This document shows, one piece after another, positions 12,929-23,510 of a stretch of DNA of 64,000 nt. Source of the DNA: Glycera tridactyla (Eukaryota); the NCBI GenBank assembly GCA_965644265.1, contig OZ286476.1, positions 7,688,001 through 7,752,000 on the forward strand, written 5' to 3'. Within the stretch, counting starts at the first letter, position 1. Each line of letters starts with the position of its first letter. Under the pieces are notes generated by a model, which saw only the letters and a program-made list of their open reading frames with translations, was not told the DNA's origin and ran no database searches. The position numbers were made by a program, and so were the translations under genes.

Positions 12929-13660
12929 CCCTCATGGTCATGTAGACCTTCACACACAGGGTGATCATCAAATGCAATTCCCCCCCCCCTCCTATGAAGG
13001 GTGCTCACTAATTTGTATTTCCCGCCTTATTCTAGAATCAGCCATTGTTCAGAGAAATTACCACCTTGTCTGCATGGTGTGTTTAGAAAATTCACACATC
13101 TAACAGTATGATCGAAAATAATTTCAGAAACAGAGAGCAGAAATTCTCGCCATATCCAGGAATTCTCTATTGTATACACCAGTCACACACTCCACAGCTG
13201 TTTTAAAATCCCCGCCACTTCCCGTCATATCTGCCCTCCACCTGGATGGTCTACGTGTATCCTCGAATCACACCATGACACCTGTTCTAATAGTATGATC
13301 CGAAATAATGAAATGAAATCAGGGACAAAAATTACTCTTCACTGTCATGTTCACATATGGTCACTGATGAAGTTGGATATGATCATTCTTAAAGCCATGA
13401 CAGCTGTCCAAACTGTGTGATGCATAACAATGGAATGGTGTCAGACAAAAATTCATCTCTACTATCACCTTCACATAGAGGTCATTGATTATTTCAGATA
13501 TGATCATCCTTCATGCCTTTTTGGAACTCACACAGAATTTGGGGAATGATAGGTTAATCGTTAGGATCACCATAGCTCACTGACAATTGACATATTCAAC
13601 ACCACCCACATTTTCATATATGACGGGATTCTCTTAACTGCTACTATTTTCAAATTTCAG

Positions 13661-13780
13661 CTAGTCACATGACCAATCACGTGACTAGGATTCAATGTCA
13701 TGTGACTGGTCACGTGACTGGTCACGTGACCTTATTTCCAATATATAATAAGGACTTATAGATTTGGAGGTCAGTCACTC
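13661..13780 (+). promoter_or_regulatory. Pol II promoter candidate: five GTCACGTGAC-type E-boxes, TATA and Inr
   Basis: GTCACATGAC 13664, ATCACGTGAC 13676, GTCATGTGAC 13697, GTCACGTGAC 13709 and 13721; TATATAA 13742; TCAGT 13771 (~30 nt after TATA). Confidence 0.6.
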
Positions 13781-13861
13781 TCTTGAACACCGACCAGACA
13801 ACATCAACGCAGCCCACAGTGATACAGCAGGATGCTCTCATTCCCAAACGACATTGGAAAC

Positions 13862-14120
13862 AGGAAAACACCTGCCTCCATATGGTACTCTTCGACCAAG
13901 TATAGCGGGAACAAGTCAGGGTTCTCCGCCATCCTCGTACCATCTTTGGCTCACATCCAGACAACAGGGAAAACATCTGCCACCATATGGTACCACACTT
14001 CCTAGTATGGCGGGATCAAGTTGTTTATCCCGCTATCTCTGCGTCGTCTTTACTGCAGACCCAGACAAAACAAGGAAACCACCTGCCACCATATGGTACC
14101 ATACTGCGAGTATAGCTTGG
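13862..14120 (+). repeat. Three ~105-bp-spaced direct repeats with core GGAAA(A)CACCTGCCACCATATGGTAC
   Basis: Cores at ~13862, ~13966 and ~14073, each followed 10-12 nt later by AGTAT(A/G)GC. Confidence 0.85.
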
Positions 14121-14189
14121 TCGACTCATGTATCCAGCTCTCTCTCTCTGCACATCACTAGAAGGAGCCTCCATGGAAGCATCGCACTG

Positions 14190-14255
14190 ATTTATGAGGG
14201 GAAAGGCCTCATACTGCCATAATTTATGGCGGTATGAGGCCTTTCCCTCATAAAT
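14190..14255. repeat. 66-bp near-perfect palindrome
   Basis: ATTTATGAGGGGAAAGGCCTCATACTGCCATAA-T-TTATGGCGGTATGAGGCCTTTCCCTCATAAAT; one bulge and one T-G pair. Confidence 0.95.
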
Positions 14256-14499
14256 ACCGCTATATATACCCCCCTACTACTGAGAGCGATCCCTACCTTT
14301 CACTATATCCATGTGTCGAAATAGCCACTGATTGACATTTGGTTGAGAATACAAGGGCCGTCTTTAACGCGCAGGTGGTATCCTGTGAAATTGGCTGCTG
14401 ACATATCAAAGGCCTTCTTTAAGTCCAGGAAGAGGAGCCCAGTGAGACAGCCCCGCTCAGCCCCCTGATAAATTCCATCAAGAAGCCCAGCGAGGCATA

Positions 14500-14740
14500 T
14501 TCCAGTTGAGTGCCCCCTCCTGAATCCAAATTGCCTATGATATAGTATGTCATATGAGGTAACAAAGTGTTAAGTTTGTGAGTGGACCGAAAACCTTGTC
14601 GAGGACTGGTAAGATTGATTTGAGTCGAGGTTGAACCACTCTTATGTATCAAAGTGACAATAGCTTTCGTCCATAAAGCTTTTATCAATTGCCAAGTTGA
14701 AAATACAAGTGAAGATAAAAACTAAATCCTCAAGAAGGAG
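14500..14740 (-). pseudogene. Short CR1/L2-type LINE RT remnant
   Basis: WTKAIVTLIHKSG ... QGFRSTH ... YIIGNLDSGG matches the pre-RT region with an internal deletion. Confidence 0.5.
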
Positions 14741-14951
14741 CTCAACTTTATATGATACCTCACCCTCCTAATCGGTGATCTCCCCACATAACCTGTAAAC
14801 CTTGAACCCCTTGTGTCCCATTGCCCACACAGAAGGCCTTATACAATTAACTTGCTATGATACATATGATGTGGTGTATATGTGAATCATATTGATACTC
14901 ATGATCGAATGTGCGATAACGTTGATTGCTTAAACTACGTGAAATTCCATT

Positions 14952-14954
<3 letters not shown>

Positions 14955-15004
<50 letters not shown>
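14955..15004. repeat. (TA)n microsatellite
   Basis: Directly visible. Confidence 0.95.
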
Positions 15005-15007
<3 letters not shown>

Positions 15008-15222
15008 TGTGAATCACCGTGCTCGTCCTTGCTCATTCTTATTGATCGAGCAACAATACCAGTTGCTTCAGTGCTGATTTGGATTGTGACTTCTGGATAG
15101 CCCAATAGATAGAAATGGTGATATCATCGTTGACGGCGATGATGTCATACTTTTTTGCTTTTTAATCTTGTACGTTGGTGAGGTCAATCGAGACTGCCAC
15201 CGTGACCCTGTCTGCGATCAAC

Positions 15223-16251
15223 TTATGATGTGAGGTAGTATCTGCCTCGAAATTGTACAGACAGCTCGGTTGAGTGAAATCGCTGTCCGCGTAAGACCTT
15301 GTCTAGGACGATCTCAAACACGTCCAGAATCTTCATCACGTCTGTCTTGCTGTTAGCCTCTTGTCCACACAGGTCTATCATCATATCAGCAAGATGAGTT
15401 TTCAGGTGACTCTTGATGGAATATGTGTAATAAGGCTTTCTAGAAGTCCTCAAAGTCGAGTCCAGATAGGCCAATTCGAGTATCACCGCGTGGAGTGAAT
15501 TCATGTGTTCTGACATCCTCATGATTGCTCTTTCATCAGGATTGTAATCAGGATCGAAAAACGGAACCATGACGATGTCCAATGCTAATCTGGTGACAGG
15601 CTCTGAATACTTGGAATCGTCGTAGTGGAATCTTCTAGAGTCTCTCCATTCATACTCCTCCCTCTTCTTTTCACCGTCCTTTTTTGGAGGTAGAAGGGTC
15701 CGGCAAGACACTGTGTATGGTGTTATCTCTCGCTGGAGCAGGAATACCTTGTATGCTGGTGTCCACCTCGTTAATCCCATTTGTCAGCTCTTTCTGTTGA
15801 ACAGAATTTGTTGAACATGATGATAATGATGGACATAGATTGTAATCGCCAGCATGCATAACATTGGACGATTTTTGATACGCATTCACATCCGGGAATT
15901 CGACATCTGACTGAACAGACTAAAATATTTGATTGTTCGACTGGTTGTGTCGGTCTTGGTATGAAACATTACTGTGGATCCAAATGGTTTCTGCACTATA
16001 CACTGATTGAGAAACCTCAGTAAGTGAGAATGGTACGTTATCGAGGTTGGTAATGAAGGACTATCACCATTATCATCCGATATTACTTCGTACTGATCTG
16101 ACTGTAGCTCATCCGGATCGAAACTTGGTGTAGGAAATTCAGTAATAGCACTATTAGATTGACTATCAGTGTAGGTCCATATGTCTGATGATTGTGAAGA
16201 ATTTGATTTATCAGACACTGACGCTGTAGGTATGTGGAAATGGCATGGCAA
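15223..16251 (-). pseudogene. Unknown protein, probably one frameshifted gene (ORFs 15886-16251, 15671-15889, 15223-15780)
   Basis: Overlapping same-strand ORFs; TATATAAA at 16279-16272 just upstream; the 185-aa distal part has globular-like composition. Confidence 0.4.
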
Positions 16252-17460
16252 TTTCTCAAAATTGATGTCAGTTTATATAGTATGCTAAAGAACGTCATCA
16301 GCTAGATTTTACTCCTTTATCAAAGTCCAGTCTTGTAGAGTGAAAGGTTGTTTTGACCAATTCCATGAATCTAGGGTGAATTGGAAAATGAATGTCCATC
16401 TTAATGACCAATGACAGTTTATAGAGTAGCACCACCCTGAAATGAGACGTTTTAGTGATGATATCAATGTATGTAAAGAATATTGCATCATTTGTTTACT
16501 TGCATGATATCTTCTCGCATGCATCTCATGAAGAATTAGTGATTTGAATGAATCGATTCTTGATTGTGTTGATAATTCCGCCATAATTTGACTGGACTGG
16601 AAAGTGTCCTTATTGATGTCACCTCCTGCCCAATCTAGGAGGGTTTTACATGGTGTAGAAGTCAATGGTGGAGAATCTCTTACAATTATGATAGGTCAGT
16701 GAGTCCCCCAGATTCCCACAAGGTGTGTTGTTGTTTCTACATGAATCCGCATCCTACCATAGTGGATCTAAAAGAATTCGATCCACCATTGTCCTTGATC
16801 ATTGAGCACCAGATCCTTTGGATAGTCTGTAATCAATAGTCAATCAGGTGTCAGACTGAATAATGATATGATCATTGTCGCATGACCATGTCTGGTATAC
16901 AGCTCCAACAAAATGGAAGTTTCAGGCAATTTCTACTTTGATGATTTTTCTCCACCTCGCACACTTGAGCAGCTTCGCTCTCGACAGGTTCAACTATTCT
17001 CATCTCAAGTGGGTTTAAATGACATCAAACTCGGACAAAAAAAACAAAACTGGTAGACTTGTGAGAGTGGAAAATATGGGCCAAAAGGCCTACAAAAAGA
17101 CTGTGTATGCAAACCCCAACAAAAAAAAGTAAAATCCCTATGTAAAATGATAAGATCTAAAAAAAACATCCTAGAAGAGACGAGAATATCCAAACTAATT
17201 CATGATCCACGGTTACAGAGTCTAGTGGCTGTATCTCATCATCGGATATGTCAATGTATTGACAAGCATTATCGACTTTGATACACTAAGTCATGCTCAA
17301 AGTCTCTAGCAAATCCTCCAATATCAAGTTGGTAGATGTAAAGATATCCGTGCCAGCTGCAGGAAGATATTGATTGAAAATATCCTCATTGATTGACTCA
17401 GCAAGAAATTATGGAAATGAAATAATAAAAGATTGCACTTCATCAGAATCTAAGTCGGAA

Positions 17461-18060
17461 CTGGGAATTTCGTGTATGATTAGTGTTATTGTGTACCCCC
17501 CTCTGTCAGTACAGTATGAACCGTGAGGATGATGCCCGTGATTCCATAGATTGCAAAGTGTTCACATCTGCTGTGTTTGGAGTGAAAGACTGAGATATAT
17601 AGAGTTCTGATTGGCTGCCTTCCATGTTGATGTATCAAACTCAAAACTAGTGTGAAATCTTATTTGAAAAGGTTCATATATATGAAGGAAACAGCTACGT
17701 CACTGAATATACACCTAGATATTGACGAAAGCTATAAGTTTCTGTAGACCAGATACCCCACTTGTGACGTCAACTGGTGGCCTCAATTCCACGAATGAGT
17801 ACTCAAGCATCATATTGACCTCCAATTTCATTGATTCCAATAATAAATTTGCAGAAAATAATCACTCTGAAATGGGAGGTTCTTGCTTGAAAATCAATAC
17901 ATTCATGGACAAATTTCATGGCTTTTACACTAACAATATGTTTTCCTGCCCTAAACTTTTCAGCGAATAGGTCCTTAACTGATTCTTTTTGTAATGAGGC
18001 TAGTAGAGCTTCAAGAATCTGACACGGAAAATAGAATTCTTCAATGACATCAAGTTCAGC
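17461..18060 (-). pseudogene. Accessory ORF-B remnant (unknown function)
   Basis: Manual translation AELDVIEEFYFPCQILEALL...*RHKWGIWSTETYSF resembles WRHHFGISS in ORF 45296-45727; nucleotide matches 18755-18860 to 45275-45385 and 20017-20131 to 45126-45241. Confidence 0.45.
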
Positions 18061-18351
18061 GTGTCAAACAAGATCAATCAATCAAAATACAGTATGTCTC
18101 TAAATCTAGACTGGGCTAAAAGGACATGAAACAAGATCGATCAATCAAAATACAGTGGGTATCTAAATCCAGACTGGGTTAGGCAAGCCATCAAAAGTCA
18201 GACAACCAGACAGATGGCCAGAAAATCAACCAGACAGATGCAGCACAAAATAGGTATGAATATATGTATATATATATGTATATATATATGTAGTTGACGA
18301 GGCAAGGCACGTCCTACGTCAGCGAAGGTGAGACTCGGAATGACCGGTTTG

Positions 18352-18396
18352 TTTATAACTGCCGTTGATGACGTCACTGTATTGTGCGTTGGCAAC
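18352..18396 (-). promoter_or_regulatory. Candidate promoter: GTTGGCAAC (RFX-like), CRE, TATA
   Basis: GTTGGCAAC 18388-18396, TGACGTCA 18369-18376, TATAAA (minus) 18357-18352, upstream of the ORF-B remnant. Confidence 0.35.
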
Positions 18397-21300
18397 GTTG
18401 GGCGTTGGCCCTCTGGTGTCAAATATTGTCAACAGCAATACAGTGATCTCTCACTAGATGTCACCGTCCCTAGTGGCTTCAGAGTGAGAGTTGGGCTGCT
18501 TTCCAATTGAGGGAAGTTGCCCCATTCCGAGTTTCGGCCATATGGGCCTCATCAGTCACCACAATGGTCACAAATGCATCAGAATAGGACTGTATTTTCA
18601 TACCAGAAAAAAAAAAATATATATATATATATATATACATATCATCCACACATCCTCATATGTAGCTAACTACCCCGATGCCGGTGCAGAACTCCTGTGT
18701 TATACTGATTAAAAGTATTTCCCCTAGATCATGAAAACCATGTTTTACCTCACACGATCCTGCTGGTCACAAGATTCAGATCCTCCTCATACCAATGCCA
18801 GTCTGCCACTCTTCCAGAATGTAGATGGTAGTGGTGGGAGTGCAAGACCAACTGAGATGTGGGAATTTCGTGTATGATTAGTTTGATTGTGTACCACCCT
18901 CTGTTAGTACAGTATGAACCATGAGGATGATGCCCGTCATTCCGTAAACTGCAAAGTGTTTCCATCTGCTGTCGTTAGAGTAAAAGACTGGGGTATATAG
19001 AGCTCTGATAGGCTGCCTTCCATGTTGATGTATCAAACTCAAAACTAGTGTGAAATCTATATCAAGGAAACAGCTACGTCAGTGAATATACATCTAGATA
19101 TTGATTTGATAACCTACTTGTGATGTCAACTGGTGGCCTCAATTCCACGAATGAGTACTCAAACATCAAATTGACCTCCAATTTCATTGATTCAAAAAAC
19201 TGTGTGTATCTATATCTAGACTGGGCTAAAATGACGTGAAACAAGATCAGTCAATCAAAATACAGTGGGTATCTAAATCCAGGCTGAGTTAGTCAAACCA
19301 TCCAAAGTCAGTCAACCAGACAGATGGCCAGAACATCAACCAGACAGATGCACAAACCAACAGATAGACAGAAAAACAGACACAGTCAGTCAATATTCTC
19401 AATTCTTCATGTGCCTATATGTCTTGAATACCTCGTGACAATAAAAAATTATTAATTCGCATATAGGTCATTCACAAAACTCAATTTCTGTGCTAATTTT
19501 CATGCATCTGGAACAGACATCATAGGCTGGAAATTCGTTAGTCTCGAAGGCTATCAGAGCCATGTGTCTGAATTTGAGGGATGTAACATTTTCGTAGAAT
19601 TCATCTAGCAATTTAAATTCATTTTCCATAACTGGTCATTGACTCATACCCGGATTTTCCACCATGTAATGTTTCAGGGGGAGGCTGTAAGGTATATACA
19701 TATTTACTCGTGACCAATGTTGGTCGTATTTGGTGCTTACGTGAACATATGGTTAGTAGCTACAAAAAACAATACCATAATTTATAATGAGAAATTCGAT
19801 ATAAGGCAGCGTAACAAACAAATACCACAACACTCACCTTTTTGTTGCCAATATTCTTGTTGCTCTCCAATACAAAATAGGTATGAATATATGTATATAT
19901 ATATCATCCACACATCCTCATATGTAGCTAACTACCTCGATGCCGGTGCAGAACTTCTGTGCTACACTGATCAAAAGTAATTCCTCTAGATCATTAAAAC
20001 CATGTTTCACCTCACTGTCCTGCTGGTCACTAGCCTGGGGCTTGTGATTGTATCTCACTGCCCAACTTCCAATGGGGTTCTCCCCTCCCTTTGGGGAGAT
20101 CAACTCACGAGTGATGGGTTAGGAAATAGTGCTTTCCCAGGACAGCCGACTTGCTAGCTGTGCTGATTGTTAGGCCTAATGGGCCACTACAATCGAGGGG
20201 GTACTTCTATGGGTTACACATGACACAACAAAGGCTGCTCGAAGTATAAGTACATTCTCTTAATCATTATTCATTCATGATCTACTGGGTTGGGGTCTGC
20301 TGATATGAGAAATGGGGGCACGGGCCCGGTGTCAGTCCATTCTTATAGCCCTAGGATCATTTCCAGTTTTCCTGCACTCGTCTTTTTGCTTTCGCACTGA
20401 CAACCACACTGGTGCTGACACTCGCCCCTCTCTCACCCTCTCTCACTCTTCACACTCTCATCTCTCACTTCATTCACTCTGGTGATGGTCACTCCTGAGA
20501 GCTGCCTCCCTGTCGTTGAGGCACCGCCTGAACAGGTTGTACGATGTTCAGTGTTACTAGCCGGTGGGGCTGGCTCACCCTGTGCTTTCGAGGTGTCCGG
20601 CAATGGGTCCTGTGTGACCTCAGGGTCCCCAATCATCTTAAATATGCATTCACAAATGTCTAGGCTGTCTTGATCAACATGACTTAGAACCCTTTACTCT
20701 CTGAAAAGGAAGGGGGGTCCTTATGTGTATACCCCAACAAGTTAATCAAACCTTATTCCAAAGTTGCCTAAAATTCCACAGACGCTGGCAGTATGCCCCA
20801 CCTTCCTATTGCATTGCTTACCTAGCATATGGTATGCTAGAAACCGGAAAAATACATATCCACCTCATTATGGCCAAATTATGGTCGATTCCTGATACGC
20901 CCCCAAAACGCTGGTGCCTCACGTGGTTCCTACATCTAGACGCTAGCCGTGCCCATCCTGCTCCCCCCGACCGCACTCGCCCCACACATATATCTTACAT
21001 CCCATCCTACACATACACACTGCCTCCTCTGCATCCGCCGCATCCTACCCACATACACACAGACACTCCTATCCTGTCTATATGAACCACCTTGCTTATC
21101 AACCCAAATTCAAAATTCCTCCCATTTTCATGCAATATCTCACAATGAATAAATCCCTATATGACATCCCCAGACACTGGGTTTACTTCCACTGTAAACC
21201 ATTGATTGGGTACGTCATGACTAACATAGGATTCATGGGACTAAAACCTTGAAGCTGAAGAACAGTCTGGAACATGAATTTAGCACATGATGATGATCAC

Positions 21301-22354
21301 GAATCTGTGGCTTTCTCAAACATGGATATGTCCATCATGATTTGTGTGCTGAATGAGTGATCATTTGATAAAAAATTTCAGTGAACTCAAATCTCAACCC
21401 CTGGATCGAATGCTTTGCGTTGTCATTGTCCATATGCCAGTCTGGATCCTTTCCTGATTCTTGATGTGCATGCTGAAATATGTGTGAATATAAGGATATA
21501 TATAAATACATATCTATGCGAGTATATAAACATTCAATACAATGCTCTATGAAAGTGAATAGAAGTAATGATACCTTATAGTCACAGAACCTGGTCCATG
21601 GTATCATGATATCACCATTCAAACAATCAATTCAAAACGAGGTTTGGCACTGAAGGAATTTCCCGCAATGCCTAAGCAGTTGATCAGTTCTATGATATAT
21701 CTGATATCGATGATCCTGTTAATAATCATTATCTATAGCTGTATCATCAATAAACATTATCCCGCTAAAAGGATGATCCATTAGAATTATAAAATTGAAA
21801 AAGAAAATGGTAAGAATATCACTCAAAGCATAATAAATGCTTCAGACCTTGCCAATTATATCAGTCTTGGACTTGCTAATGATAATCATCACGATAATAA
21901 TTTCATATGAATAGAACAGAAATGAAATTATTATTACTATTTATGATTTATGCCAACCTAACGATGTACAGCTCATTGCAAACTGCACTCTGTAAATATT
22001 AACGAATGTTTTCCCATAGTTCTGGTAGGATATGAGGAAAGCCACCAATCTTAATGTGATGAAAACCGAGGATTCTAATATGTATGTGGGCTTGACCATA
22101 ATTATCATGAAACAGCATCAAATGTACGGCTACTAATATGGTTCTGACCTGTGTCTATATATGATACACACAAGGTATTCACATAAAAAAAAAATTGTAC
22201 TCCTTTCCCACAAAGAAATCCAATCTGTCTCTAAAAAAACAACCCTAGCAAAATATTCCAGCAAAATCCCATAAAGCCAGCTCTTCCAATTTGGCTATAT
22301 AGGCGCATATATAAATGTTCATCTATCTACTCTACCCAAGTTATCTCGTGGATA

Positions 22355-23143
22355 TCAGATTGAATTGACCAATCCAGGTACACTGATAGTCTGTCCAATA
22401 TATACGCAAAAAGTTAAAAAACTATGCAAGATTATGGTGATTGTTCTGGTACAATTATATGATCCCTGGATCCTTTCAAGCTCTAGTCTTTGCATATGAT
22501 TTTGACGTTGTTGTCCACCTGGAGTATCTGATGTACATGTCTTTGTAGTCATATGACCTTTATGGAAGACTGGCAGCACTTTTGGAGTCCTGGTATTATT
22601 GCCACCTGCTGGGTCCTTGGTTGCCAGCCTCGTCCAGAGTATAGTATGTGATCTTACCATCTTCTCCAAGCTCGCCATATTCCAATGGTGGAGGTCCCTC
22701 CCCATTAAAGGGATGGAAAAGTCCGTCCATCTCCAGAGGGTTCTCCCATCTTGGATTGTCAATCTTCCCAACAAGTGAATCCGGGTCATCTGTACTGTCT
22801 CCTGCATTCTGCTCCCCCTATTGTCAGCAGTCCCTGCAATAGCCCAATCTTCTTTCACTCCCACTTTCAGGTCATTCATTGCATTTTCCAAATTTGCAAT
22901 AGCTGGGTCCTCTCTGGTCGAATACGACCCAACTTTCATCTGCACAACATCTCTATCAGCCTCTTCAACTGTCAATGAATTGGCCCACTCCAATCGTTCA
23001 GCTCGGGCCCGTGATCCAGGATAGACGCCTCTTCCAAACCCTAGAGTTGGGCCTGAGGAGCGCCCGATGCCCTTATTGAGTCGAGCTCCTGTCGACTGGA
23101 AATGCGTGGGCCCCCATGTCACCTGTCTCGCAGTCGTCGGCAT
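22355..23143 (-). CDS. Accessory ORF-C, unknown function, probably frameshifted in its C-terminal half
   Basis: 262-codon ORF directly downstream of env on the same strand; no recognised motif. Confidence 0.4.
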   Translation of the reverse strand: MPTTARQVTWGPTHFQSTGARLNKGIGRSSGPTLGFGRGVYPGSRARAERLEWANSLTVEEADRDVVQMKVGSYSTREDPAIANLENAMNDLKVGVKEDWAIAGTADNRGSRMQETVQMTRIHLLGRLTIQDGRTLWRWTDFSIPLMGRDLHHWNMASLEKMVRSHTILWTRLATKDPAGGNNTRTPKVLPVFHKGHMTTKTCTSDTPGGQQRQNHMQRLELERIQGSYNCTRTITIILHSFLTFCVYIGQTISVPGLVNSI

Positions 23144-23510
23144 CCCCGGCCTGGAAATGGCTGGTTACCCACCGGTGGACCTGGACGCTGGACCTCAAGT
23201 CCTTGTTCGACGTTTCATTTCCTTGGCCTCCTACAACACATAATCTTCATTATATTTCCAGAATATGATTATTTCACACATATAAATGTATGTCATTTCT
23301 TGATACCTGTAATCAAAATACCTGTGATCAAAATCATCCATCTACCTGTAATCAAAATCATCCATCTACATACACACATCGTACACATATGACCTTATAA
23401 CACATACATTCGAACATACATATATATATATAGTCAATATTTCATCAAATTCCCGCATTTATTACCTATCCTGAATCTTATACTTAAACCCCTTATACAT
23501 GATTATATGC

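Larger units (their letters stand above)
17461..20140. repeat. Degenerate tandem segmental duplication (period ~1.3-1.4 kb)
   Basis: 17461-17830 matches 18860-19190; 18090-18240 matches 19200-19350; 18620-18770 matches 19890-20030. Confidence 0.85.

Noticed and set aside
13360-13400. Hammerhead ribozyme core (CTGATGA) here and at other sites
   Set aside because: No flanking stems with a correctly placed GAAA; most other hits lie in coding or low-complexity sequence
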